64,000 bases of DNA, from contig OX597838.1 of the NCBI GenBank assembly GCA_951406725.2, forward strand, positions 248,001 to 312,000, given 5' to 3'. Origin of the DNA: Octopus vulgaris (lineage: Eukaryota). A program made the position numbers and the translations under genes. Below the pieces are notes generated by a model. The model saw nothing but the letters and a program-made list of their open reading frames with translations. It was not told where the DNA came from and did no database searches. This document shows positions 51,800 to 63,979 of the stretch, one piece after another. Within the stretch, counting starts at the first letter, position 1; every line of letters begins with the position of its first letter.

Positions 51800-54700
51800 G
51801 GGAAGTGGTGGGATGTTAAAGGAGTGTTTTGTGAAGCCATTTGAATAGTGTACATGGGGGGTGGGCATGGTATTGGTTCCAGAAACGACGAGGGAACTAG
51901 GCTACTGGAGTTCTGTGATGCATGTAACATTTTGATCTGCAACACTAATTTCGGGAAGCCAGACAGCCACCTGATAACCTATCAATTGGGGGACTCTGTC
52001 AGCCAGATTGATTTCATCCTCACCAGACAATGGGACACAGGGTTGCTCTTAAATACAAAGACCCTCCCGGGTGAAGAATGTACCCCCCAGCATAGGCTAG
52101 TCATTAGTGACTTTAGGCTCGAGGCCAGAAGGATGCCAAGAAGCAGATCAATTCAAAAAAGAAGGATTTGGAAGCTAAAGAACCCTTCACATAGTCAGAG
52201 ATTTAGGGACATCCTCATCAAGAAATTTGATGAGAGGGAGGAGGAGCTACAGACATCGGACATAGAAGGTAGCTGGAAATTCCTATGGGACAGTTTGCTG
52301 AGTGCCACAGACCAAGTCTGTGGATGGTGCAAAGTCCCTTCCAGACCTAGTTACGTGGTGGTGGAATAGTACGGTAGACAAAGCCATTAGAGCAAAGAAA
52401 CGGGCCTGGAAAGCCTAGAAGGGTGGGGGTAACAGGGAATATACCAGGTAGCCAAAAGGGAGGCTGGGCAGCAGGTATACATAGCTATGGGCAAAGCAGA
52501 AAAGAAGTTTGCCAATGTCCAGTGATGTAAGGACCAAAGAACTGAGGTATTTCGGATTGCTAGACAGTGTGTGAGAGAAAATAGTGATGTTACAGGAGAG
52601 AAATGTGTCCACATGGATGATGGGCACTTGCTTTTAATGATTCAGAAAAGACAGAGGCTTGGAGAAGCCATTATGAAAGACTGCTGAATGTGGAGAATGA
52701 ATGGGAGGAGGAGAGCCTTCCAAATGTTGACCCAGTAGAGGGACCAGCTATCCGAATAGACAGCTCCCTTGTAGATAAAGCATTTAAGGGTATGAAGCCA
52801 GGAAAAGCCCCCAGCCCATCAGGAATCACTACTGAGATGCTTAAAACATCTGGTAATGTGGGCTATGGCCTAGTCACCTGCATTGTAAACCAGGTAGTTC
52901 ATAATGGAGTCATACCCAATGAATGGCGTAGCAGCACCATAGTCAACTGCTACAAGGGTAAGGGTGATGCTCTAAATAGAAATAACAACAGGGGTATCAA
53001 ACTGCTAGATCAGGTGATTAAGGTCATGGAGAGAGCCATAGCCCATCTCATTAGGGAGAGAGTCTGCTTAGATGAAATGCAGTTCGGTTTTGTGACGGGT
53101 AGAAGCACCACTGATGCTATATTCCTGGTTTGACAAGTGCAGGAGAAATACCTAGCTAAAGATAAACCCTATACTTAGCTTTTGTGGACTTGGAGAAAGC
53201 CTTTGACAGGGTCCCCTGATCCCTTATCTGGTGGGCGATGCGGAAACTAGGGATTGATGAATGGTTAATAAGGGCTGTACAGGCCCTATACAGAGAGGCA
53301 GTTAGTAAGGTTAGGATTGGCAATGAGTATAGTGAAGAATTCCGGGTAGAAGTAGGGGTCCACCAAGGTTCAGCCCTCAGCCCCATTTTATTCACCATAG
53401 TTTTCCAGGCAATAACAGAGGAATTCAAAACGGGTTGCTCCTGGGAGCTCCTCTATGCTGATGACCTGGCTATCATAGCAGAATCACTACCAGAACTAGA
53501 AAAGAAATTTCGGGTGTGGAAGCAAGGTTTAGAATCAAAAGGCCTTAGAGTCAATGTAGCAAAGACCAAAGTTCTAGTAAGTAGGAAGGCGAACTCATCA
53601 CACACACCCTCTGGTAGGTGGCCCTGCTTGATCTGTAGAAAAGGTGTAGGTAGAAACTCCATAAGATGTACCCAGTATAAGCTATGGACACATAAGAGGT
53701 GTAGCAACATCAAAGGAAGATTAACCAAGAATATAGCTTTCATGTGCGGTAGATGCACAGGAGCAATAAACACTACGGATGTTCAGAAAACAGATTCCAT
53801 CACACTCCAGGGGAAGAAAATAGAAGAACTTGATAGCATCCACTACCTAGGTGACCAAGTTAGTAGTGGAGGTGGATGCTTAGAGAGTGTTACCACTAGA
53901 ATAAGAATAGCCTGGGTAAAGTTTAGAAAGCTTCTACTCATACTGGTGACAAAGGGCCTCTCGCTCAGAGTGAAAAGTAGATTGTATGATGCATGTGTGC
54001 AAACTACCGTGCTTCACGACAGTGAAATATGGGCTGTGACTGCAGAGGACATGCATAGGCTTGAAAGAAATGAAGCTAGTATGGTCCGCTGGATGTGTAA
54101 TGTCAGTGTGCATACACGACAGAGTGTAAGCGCCCTGAGAGGAATGTTGGACATAAGAAGCATTGGATGTGGCGTGCAAGACAGACGTTTGCGCTGGTAT
54201 GGTCATGTACTGCGGATGGATGAGGAGAGATGTGTGAAGTGCCACTCTCAAACAGTTGAAGGAATCCGGGGTAGAGGTAGACCCAGGAAGACATGGGATG
54301 AGGTGGTCAAGCATGACCTTCAAATGTTGGGCCTCACAGAGGCAATGACGAAAGACCAAGACCTCTGGAGATATGCTGTGACTGTGAAGACCCGGCAAAT
54401 AAAGTGAGTTCATGGGTGTATCCTACACCAGTTTCACATAACCAGCCCCAGCCCATTCAAAAGTACCTTGGATTGTCGGACGACCTGCTGTGCTTAGGGA
54501 GACCTATTGAGTCAAGTACATCAACATCAAAAATTCAAATGAAAATTGTGGTTGTGATACCTGTGCCAGTGGCACGTAAAAAGCACCATCCAAACGTGGC
54601 TGATGCCAGTGCTGCTTTGACTGCCGTCCGTGCTGGTGGTACGTAAAAAGCACCAACTAATCGGCCATTGCCAGCCATCTCTGTCCCCTGTGCCGGTGGC

Positions 54701-54875
54701 ACGTAAAAAGCACCCTCTACACTCATGGAGTGGTTGATGTTAGGAAGGGCATCCAGCTGTAGAAACACTGCCAGATCAGACTGGAGCCTGATGCAGCTTC
54801 CTGGCTTCCCAGACCTTGGTTGAACCATCCAGCCCCATGCTAGCATGGAAAATGGACATTAAATGATGATGATGA
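51800..54875 (+). mobile_element. 5'-truncated RTE-clade LINE (APE C-terminus, RT, PHD-like finger, 3' UTR, (GAT)n tail) in GLT1D1 intron 4
   Basis: RNDEGTRLLEFC, SQIDFIL, PQHRLVISD (APE); KAPSPSGI, FVDLEKAFDRV, GVHQGSALSPILF, LLYADDL (RT); RLRWYGHVLRM, RGRGRPRKTW (RTE C-terminus). Several stops and frameshifts. Confidence 0.97.
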
Positions 54876-54970
54876 CTTGGGAAAGTGTCTCCTACTGTAG
54901 CCTCTGGCCAACCAAAGCTTCATGCATGGATTTAGTAGATGGAAACTGAAAAAAGCCTGTCGTATATGTA

Positions 54971-55019
<49 letters not shown>

Positions 55020-55051
55020 ATATGCATGTGTATATATACATATATAGATAT

Positions 55052-56180
55052 ATATTGGGTCATCTCATAAATAATACAGTTTTTTTCAATTGCATCAACT
55101 AAAAGTCAGGGGACAGGATAAACTACCTGCATCAACTTGCTATAAAAGCAGGTAATAATTTTACCTTGTACTTATTCTTAGTGCAAATTTTGAAAAGTGC
55201 AGTTCGATTTTAACAGTTATTTTTTCAAAGCTATAATGGAAGTGACAAAGAAGAATATTCGGCATATTTTGCTTTAAGAGTTCAATAAAGGCAACAACAC
55301 AATTGAAAGTGCGAGGAATATTAATGCAGTGTATGGGGATCGGACAATAAGCGTAAGTCAGTGTCAAAGGTAGTTCCAGAAATTGCTAGCTAGAAACTAC
55401 AGTCTAGAAGATGAGCCTTGTCCCCAGAAGATCCGTAGAGCCCAACAAGGACATCGTGCAAACCCTGGTGGAACAAAATCCTATCGTAACTTTTGAGGAA
55501 CTAGTAGAGAAGCTTGGATTTGGTCATTCGACCATTCATCGACACCTGCATGTCATCTGAAAAGTCAGCAAATTGGGCCAGTGGGTTCCTCACAAACTTT
55601 CTGAGTGTAATCACATGCTGAGAGTGAATGTGTGCACTTCTTTGCTGTCATGTCTCACGAATGAACCTTTTTGGGGGCTGAATAGTGACTGGTGATGAGA
55701 AATAAGTTCTCTATAAAAATGTCAAGCACCGAAGACAGTGGGTAAGGAAACACTGGCAGCCCAGGCTAAAGAAGGTCTTCACCCATGTGAAGTGTTGTTA
55801 TGTGTTTGGTGGGATATGAAAGGTTTAGTTCACTTTGAACCTTTAAACCCAAACTAAATGATAACAAAGGAGATCTACTATGAGCAGCTTGAACAGCTTA
55901 AGTCAGTACTAGAAGGAAAATGACCATCTTTTGTTTCAAGATGAAAGGTGTTGTTCCATCAGGATAATGCTCAGCCACATACAGCAAGGATGACATTCCA
56001 AAAGCTGGAGCAGTTTGAATGGGAAATGAAGCTCCATATTCCTTGGACATTGCCCCATTTGATTATCATTTATTCTGCAATCTTCAAAATCATTTGGACG
56101 GAAAAAATACGAATTCTGTAGACGAGGTGAGAACAGTACTGGAGGAGTATTTTTGATCATGGACAAGTGAATTTTGGAAG
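55052..56180 (+). mobile_element. Mariner transposon remnant
   Basis: TA-TTGGGTCAT terminus; WVPHKLSE, IVTGDEK, LCVWWDMKG and FHQDNAQPH motifs, decayed. Confidence 0.9.
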
Positions 56181-56184
56181 GGAC

Positions 56185-56640
56185 TACCTACAACTCCAAA
56201 ATTACCCTTGAAATTAATAAACAATGGGATTATAAAAGCAATGAAGCTAGACATTATGCAACTGAGGACACCAAGGAAAAAGTTGAAGAAAATACTATTC
56301 CATTTGTCAACACACATGATCCAGGAATGACCAACATATTTAATGCTATAAAAACAAATCTACTTTTACTTTTCGAAAGCCCCAAAATGAGAAATCTGGT
56401 TGAAGAAAATCTCATAAGGAACTGCAAACATCAACCCAAAAAATTATGAATCACCTGACAAGGGTCGAATTCGCATCAAAGGATAATTCTGAATTCTCCA
56501 TGAATTGAACAACTTCAGAACAGGGCCTTAGGCTTGATTCAGAGATAATAAATTGTGGAATATGCAATAGCAATTTCAAATATAGGAATACTGGATCTCA
56601 TATAAAATTCAAAAGTGGATTCTCCTTCCAAAAAAATGCC
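56185..56640 (+). mobile_element. Penelope-like element linker-region fragment
   Basis: IPFVNTHDPGMTNIFNAIKTNLLLL..SPKM...KHQPKKL...LTRVEF...CGIC, typical of the region between PLE RT and GIY-YIG. Confidence 0.75.
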
Positions 56641-56847
56641 TCTCTAAATAATTGGATGAATTCTATTCCTTATCAGCCAGTGAACAGGTGATAAAAAAAC
56701 AACAACTTTATCAGCCATTTAATGACTAAAAGCAACAATTCATTGCAATTAATAAAAAGTTTGACCTCTTTTAGTCTGTCATAAAATTAATTATCACAGA
56801 AAACACCTTTATCTTTTTTCTTCCTTTTCTAACCAAAACTCTAATAT

Positions 56848-57675
56848 GCAGTGTGTTCAGACTAAATTGCATGATTTTTTTGTGTCTCCTTTTCTGAGGA
56901 GCAACTCAAATTGATGTTTTGGTTAACTGTCAACAGTACTGGAGAACATTGATTAAGGTTGTAGTTGAGTTAAAATTAGCTGACATGAAGGACTGGAAGC
57001 CACCTGAATATTGGGAAAGAATTCCTTGTGTCATGATGATTCGTGATGCTGGGTCTCAAAATGCCGACATCATGACTGCTACTCAATGCTCTGTTGACTC
57101 TGTAAAGGCTGCAATGGAGACTACAAAGCTATGACCAGGAGGGACACAGCAGGTGTTCTAACTGCATTTGCACAATGGAATCGAACAACTTCAGAACAGG
57201 GTCTTAGGCTTGATTCAGATGGTTATGTCAAGCTGCTGAAGAATGTGGTCAATCCCTGGCTGGAGAGAGTTGCTGCTAGAAGGCCATCTGTGTGACAGCA
57301 GGGTCTAGTCTCTTGCCATACTTCTAGAAATTACTGGTTGTTGGAACATCTCTCCTCCACTGGCCCCAATTTCTAGCCTCCTAATTCCCAAGATTGTAAT
57401 CCAGTGGATTACTATGTGTGGGGCATGGTTGAAAAACACACCAATCTCTCTCTGGTGACCAAAATCAAGGAGGCATTTAAATATCTTCCCATGGACAGTG
57501 AGGAATGCATTGCAAAAGGCTGATGGCAGCTACTTTGAGTAACCTCTTATCTTTCAGCCAGAATCTAGTTGATATTTTTTGATTTTTTTAAAAAATGCTT
57601 TTATTTTTTGATGTGATATTGTGTTTTTGGTATTTCTCTTTTATGAAAACTGTCAAATTTAGCTGGAACACCCTT
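56848..57675 (+). mobile_element. Internally deleted Tc1/mariner-like element
   Basis: Degenerate TIRs (CAGTGTGTTCAGACTAAATT / AATTTAGCTGGAACACCCT) and a PPNSQDCNPVDYYVWGMVEK motif. Confidence 0.7.
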
Positions 57676-57759
57676 TAATAATTTGTTTAAAAATTCACTA
57701 CACACACACACACACACACGCATAGATTCAAAATGAAGAACAGCTTAAACATTCACTTT

Positions 57760-58130
57760 ATTTACATTATTTACATTTGACAGATATTTGTCCTCATCTT
57801 GTTTGTTATTAGCACAATGTTTCGGCTGATATACCCTCCAGCCTTCATCAGCTGTCTTGGGGAAATTCCGAACCACTACGCCATATGCCCATGGGCATAT
57901 GGCATAGTGGTTAAGAGCGTGGGCTATTAACCCCAAGATTCCAAGTTCGATTCCAGGTAGTGACCTGAATGATAATAATAATAATAATAATGAAAAATAC
58001 CTTAGAAATAAGAACCCAGGTTCAAAATTTTCCCAAGACACCTGATGAAGGCTGGAGGGGATATCAGCCAAAACGTGTTAACAATGAACAATTGAGGACA
58101 AATATCCATCAAATGTAAATAATGTACATA
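57760..58130. mobile_element. Short element with a tRNA-like Pol III head and inverted hammerhead-bearing arms
   Basis: Inverted arms at 57760-57874 and 58019-58128 each carry CTGATGA-A-GGCTG..CAGCC-(G/A)AAAC. Between them lie an A-box TGGCATAGTGG (57900-57910), a B-box AGTTCGATTCC (about 57943-57953) and (AAT)n. Confidence 0.75.
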
Positions 58131-58816
58131 ATTCCTCATCTCTTAAATATAGAACTGTATTAGCTCAAACATTGCTTTCCCAAAACCCAAGAAAACAAGA
58201 TAAACTCTTGACCTTTTTCAACTAACTCGTATTTCTATAAAAAGGCAAATTTTTTAACAGCCCCAATAATTCATGATGAATACCGGAGAAGGAATGAAAG
58301 CTCTCAATGAATTGTGTTTATCTAAATTCTGATTCTTTTATTAACACACACACGTGGGTGTGTGTGTGTGTTGTGGATATTATTGGAGAGAATCTGATAT
58401 TAGTGCAGCAGTCTTGTGAATTGGATTCTTTAAAGTATCTAATTTTGTCATACTTTCATATTTAAATCTTGTCTGAGTCAACTGTGACTTAGAGCCTTCG
58501 CTAATTGTTAAGATAAGCAACAGAAAACACATTAAGATTATTTCCATCAGCTCTGCTTAGCTTCCTTTGGAAACTAACTTCATGTTCAATTCAAAGATTT
58601 TCTAATATTTGAGAAAAAAAATGGTAAGTGTTCTGAAGTGACTGATGACATCCTCTCAATCTGAAGTTCTTTCACTTCACTCGCATCACTATTGCTCTTG
58701 ACAAAGGCACAGATGTCATTTAGTGATTTCTTCTTCTCTAAATATTTGGCCCCTATGATTCAAAAATCCTTATTATTGCAGACAAGTAAAATGTCTATTT
58801 TCTATTTTAATTTCAG

Positions 58817-58856
58817 AAAAACATAGATGCTGGGATATTTATATCTATCCCTCAAG
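58817..58856 (+). CDS. GLT1D1: GLT1D1-like coding exon 5 (40-nt small exon)
   Basis: TTTCAG acceptor and G|GTACC donor. KNIDAGIFISIPQ; phase 0 to 1 bridges exons 4 and 6. Confidence 0.8.
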
Positions 58857-59069
58857 GTACCTATCATCTGTTTTAGAACCTGGTCCCTAATATTTAATAC
58901 CTCCCTGCCATGTAACAGTAATGACAAACAAATGTATAAAAATATTAGAATCTAACTGATTAAGGGTTATTGGTTGGCTGCCATCTTATCCATTCTAAAT
59001 TTGGATCAGCTGGGTCACTATTTCATTTTGATGCTATAAAACTAGTAATATTCCTTATACCCTCAAAGT

Positions 59070-59421
59070 CTTGTTACCTGTCTGTCCCATCAACATCTAC
59101 ACCTTGTTACCTGTCTGTCCCATCAACATCTACACCTTGTTACCTGTCTGTCCCATCAACATCTACACCTTGTTACCTGTCTGTCCCATCAACATCTACA
59201 CCTTGTTACCTGTCTGTCCCATCAACATCTACACCTTGTTACCTGTCTGTCCCATCAACATCTACACCTTGTTACGTGTCTGTCCCATCAACATCTACAC
59301 CTTGTTACCTGTCTGTCCCATCAACATCTACACCTTGTTACCTGTCTGTCCCATCAACATCTACACCTTGTTACCTGTCTGTCTCATCAACATCTTCACC
59401 TTGTTACCTGTCTGTCCCATC
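59070..59421. repeat. 33-bp minisatellite, about 10.6 copies (GLT1D1 intron 5)
   Basis: Unit TTGTTACCTGTCTGTCCCATCAACATCTACACC, recurring every 33 nt from 59071 to 59401. Confidence 0.98.
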
Positions 59422-62400
59422 TCTTTTGTGTCTATTCAGTCAACGTGTACATGCTATGTCTGTCTGTTAGCCAACTTCTACACTCTGTGTCTATGTATTT
59501 ATCTCTCCAACAGCTACTCACTGTGTCTGTCTCTCTATTCAGTCAACAGGTAATCACTGTTTATCCAAACTCCACACATTCTCTATCTACTTCCTACTCA
59601 ACATGAACCATATTTTGGGCCTATATATCTATTCAACCAACATCTATACATTGTGTACATATATCCAATTAGCACTCTGCTATCCAGTATCCAATCAACA
59701 CACATTATACATTCTTTAATGAACCCACGCACGCACTATACATCTACACACTATTCAAGTGAAATCGGTTTTATATGTTTAGTCAACAGAAATAATTGAA
59801 AATGTCTTTTACATGTATTTAATGCATGAGGAACTCAGATCGAAAACATTAATAATTAATTTTTTTTGTTCAACTTTCCACCTTGATTAAATAGTTCCAG
59901 TCATTTACTAGAGTCTTGTTTAATTAATTGTTATCCTCAGGTATCATATACTTTCAACCATCCTCTTCTCAGTCTCTCTTGTCTACTCACTATACACTCA
60001 CTGTGTTTTCGGTCTGTCCAGTTCTTGTCATCCATCCACATTTTTCTAGGTTTTCTATTTGCCGTTTATAGAGTTTGTATCTTTGTTCTGGCCTCTACTC
60101 TTCCACACGTATTGGTTTTAGTGCTGCTTTCACAAAAACGGATCATTCTGTCACGTCTTTGCTTTCTTCCCATCATTCATGTTGACCTTCCAGTTTATGC
60201 TCTAAAATCTTACTTTATAATTGTAGTTTCTTTAATTTTGGTGTATTATATTGCATTTTTAATTTGTTAGAATTCTATCTCCTCATTTCTATGTCTTGGT
60301 GTAGAAGCATATACTTGTATGATGTTTACACATCATACAAGTTGAGAGTTATGGGAGACAAGTGTCCTTTTTGTCCACATTTATTTTTACTAAAACGGGA
60401 GATATGACAGACTTTCATAGGTATTACACCTCACAAATCTACCACAAATGCTTTTTCCTAAATGTGTGATTTTATGTTAATCATAGAAATCATTATCAAG
60501 AATGGAGGAGAAGTATGTTTTACTGGTCATGTGAGTAGCACATCAGAAAGAAAAAGTTTGCAGGATACATAAAGAGAGAGAAACACACACTGAAACTATA
60601 TATGTATATGTGTGTGTGTGTGTGTATTTACATGTCTATATGTATGTATATTTTATGTATCATGCCTAAGCATGTTTATCTGTTTGTCAGCTCACCTGGA
60701 TTCCTCTTCGAGCCACTATTTATCCTCACACACTTGGTCGTCAATAAAGATTTCTGAGTGTAAGTTCAAATCCTTTGAGCACTACAAAGTGTTTTCTACA
60801 TTGAGCAGCATCTCTGCATGCTTACCCCCCACCACCACACACGTATATGACTGTTTGTACAGGTAATTGTGTGTGTGGTTATGTATTTGTATGTGTGTGT
60901 GGTTATGTATTTGTAAGTGTGTGTGGTTATGTTTGGTGTCATCCTTGTACAAAATGTCACGAGTTTGCAGTTTTCCATGTTTGGCTACTGTTCCCTTCAT
61001 ATTCAAAAGACAGGGATGATGGCAGAGTGAGGAGGGGATGACAGGAATAGTGTCAGACTATAGAAAATCTTTCTCTGCCCATTCAAGCACAGAAAATGGA
61101 CCACGGCACCCACACCCACCAGATTCTGCCATGTAGTAATGGTTAACCTTTGGTTGAAGCCATTTGGCCAAGAGGCCACACAGTATGATTGCACTAAGAA
61201 TTGTGTAGTTGTGAAGCAGCCAACCACACAATCCTGCTTCTTATGATTTTCATCCTCTCTGAGTAGTAACTAAACACTGTTACAACGGTGTCCTATGCTT
61301 GCAGACCATGCTACACACAAACACACAAATTCATATACTCTACTCAAAGGGTATTTATATGATTAGAAATTAAATATAAGTCACACAGCTGCTAGACCTG
61401 CTGTAACTCCTTCATATATTACTCCTAACATGATATATATCACATAAGTGATATATTTATTAAACCTAATTCCTTCATATATTACTCTTAAGTATTGCTA
61501 GCATTTCTCTTCCATCTGATTCTATTTAATAACATCTCAGCTTTAACAATGGTGTTATCTCATGTAACCCATCTTCAGCATTAGTGTCCTTCCCTCATTG
61601 AAGTTTTAATCCCATAATATTAATTCTCCATTTAACAACACAGACACCATTGACAATATCCAATTTATTGTCCTTCTCAATATCACTTTAAAATTTCATT
61701 CAGAATTTCTCTGCTTTTTTTCTGTTTCCATGCCTACCCTTTACCTCTCATCAAGTTTTCATTCTTCTTTTCATTTTGTCACTTCCCCACAATGTACAAG
61801 ATGTAACACTCGTTAAGCTCTGCCATTCCTTTGATCTCATACAATAAATAATAATAATTTACATCTACTTCGATTCATCAACCATCACCATTGGAAACCT
61901 TAACATCTACATTTTTTTTTTTTTTGCATTACTTGACAGAATTATCCAGCCTTTAGATTTGTAACAAGGCATGTAGTTGTCTATGTCTCAACCAAGACAG
62001 TCAGGATTAGCTATGATTATTTGCAAAAGCTATCAAAAAATCTGGGAATGTCTGGGTTCTTTTATTCCTTCAACTTAAGCTTACCCCGCTTGTAACCTTC
62101 ACCAGCTGCAATGGCCAGTTCCCCACTTCCCTCTGCACTTTACTGTTCACTGCCTTGCTTTTCTTTTGCTTGATTTTAAAGCCAGAAATTAGAAAGTGTT
62201 GAAAGTCGAACACCATGTTATGACACTCTGTGCATCGAGGATAGGAAGCACCTTCTACATTATGCACGCATTTGTTTTATGTTTCCAAAGTATTCCATTT
62301 TCCAAACAGTGTGTTTTTTTTTTGTTTTGTTCTTAAAACTGACTCCTTTTCTGTTGCTTCAAAAGTTTTGTTTTTTTTGTTTACAATGAGCAACTTCAGC

Positions 62401-62937
62401 ACAAATATAAAAAACAATGTAATCTTATGAATCTCTCCATGCAACTTAAATGTAGAACCCACAAGAAGCATTTTTTGCTCTGATTTAAAGTAACTTCCAT
62501 CTAATTAGTAACACTAATTAAAGACCACTTTCACCCAGTTATCAACAGTGCAAAATTGCTAATCAGATTCAAGTTCATTTTGTAAATGCTTAAAAAAATG
62601 TCTGAAGAATTATATTGAGTACATTTAGGGGGGATACTTTGGAAAAACACTCCGGAAGCCAAATGTGATTGTATCCTCAATTAATCTGTTGCTAATGTTG
62701 TGCATTAATATAAGGTCAATCTAGTGAAACTATTTAGTGCCCAATTGATCTATGTAACCAGGATCAGCTGGAAGCTTAAAATTCGCTGCCCATGAAATTG
62801 TGAAAAGTCATCAGTATTGAAAATATTCTTTAGGTGAAATGCCATCTGATGATTGCAATTCAATGAAGAACTTGAAGTACTTTAAAAGTACTCAACTATA
62901 AATCAACACACACATCTATAAAGCCTGTAGATATGAG

Positions 62938-62982
<45 letters not shown>

Positions 62983-63086
62983 CACACATATATGTATAAT
63001 ACACGCACACACATATATATATATATATATGCACATAATTATGAACTACAAAATATCTCTCTATATAAATGTGTTTTTTATTTTAG

Positions 63087-63245
63087 CTGTTGAAACATAT
63101 CCATCAGACTTTTCCCTGCCAGAATACCTGAAGGCACACAATCACATTCCTGCTGAACTGTCAGCTCAAGATTTGGACATTTTCCTTCTAATTGGTGGTA
63201 TCCGGTCAGTAAAGGACCCCCTCTACCTAACAGATATATTTTCAG
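63087..63245 (+). CDS. GLT1D1: GLT1D1-like coding exon 6
   Basis: TTTTAG acceptor and CAG|GTTTG donor. AVETYPSDFSLPEYLKAHNHIPAELSAQDLDIFLLIGGIRSVKDPLYLTDIFS (compare [22 protein letters not shown]). Confidence 0.95.
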
Positions 63246-63929
63246 GTTTGTTGAGTACCCACCTCCCATCTTTCTTTAACATTTCTTTGATGGTGTAAAC
63301 ATTTAAAACAATGTAAGATAGTGCAGTGCAGTGGTATTGGTGTAGTAGAGGTGTTAGTAGTGGTAGATGCTCTGAAAAGTGGAGAGAGACCATCAGAGGA
63401 ATAAGGCTCTCTCGTAAAGACCGCTGATGTGCAACATAGGAGAGTAAACTTGTATGGTGCATTACAGTGCTGTTGAAATCACTGATGTTCACTGTTATTT
63501 AGCCCCGTGCTAAGCTTGATCCAACAGACCTATAATCAAAGGCATTCCATTGGCAATCGCTCTACATTTTCTGCAGGAACTTCAGGGCCATGTTACTGAG
63601 CATTTTTTTTAAGAATGTAGGACGTGATGGGAAGGAAATTTAGTTGTTACTTCTGATATTCCTTATGTTGGCTCAGTTGCTGGGGATGTGAAACCCCTAG
63701 GTGTAAACGGGGTTTTGTTGAATGAAAACATTGAATCTTAAACCCAACAGAATAACAAATATATTTGCTTGATCGTCTTTAAATTTTAATCTTGTCTGTT
63801 CCAGTGGCTCACTCCCTCACTTAATAACAATGAAGAGGAAGAGGTTAATTTGTGTAATTAAGAGCTTCTTTAAAACATTTATCTCGGAATTATTCCAATC
63901 TAATAATTATAATTACCTTGTACTTACAG

Positions 63930-63979
63930 AATGGCACAGAGAACATAGAACGTGTTTCTTTGTTATCATCGGTCCCAAG
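63930..63979 (+). CDS. GLT1D1: GLT1D1-like coding exon 7 (gene continues beyond the window end)
   Basis: TTACAG acceptor and AAG|GTGAGT donor. EWHREHRTCFFVIIGPK (compare AWHQEEPNVHLVIVGPE). Confidence 0.92.

Noticed and set aside
57893-57965. Functional tRNA gene
   Set aside because: The acceptor stem does not pair and there is no oligo-T terminator. It is embedded in a repeat, so it was treated as a SINE-type head.
58970-59553. PCYLSVPSTST repeat ORF
   Set aside because: It is a 33-bp intronic minisatellite, and GLT1D1 exon phases are complete without it.
61950-62900. Possible decayed transposase or coding remnant on the minus strand (YPRCTECHNMVFDF)
   Set aside because: Only short broken frames, with no family motif I can name with confidence.
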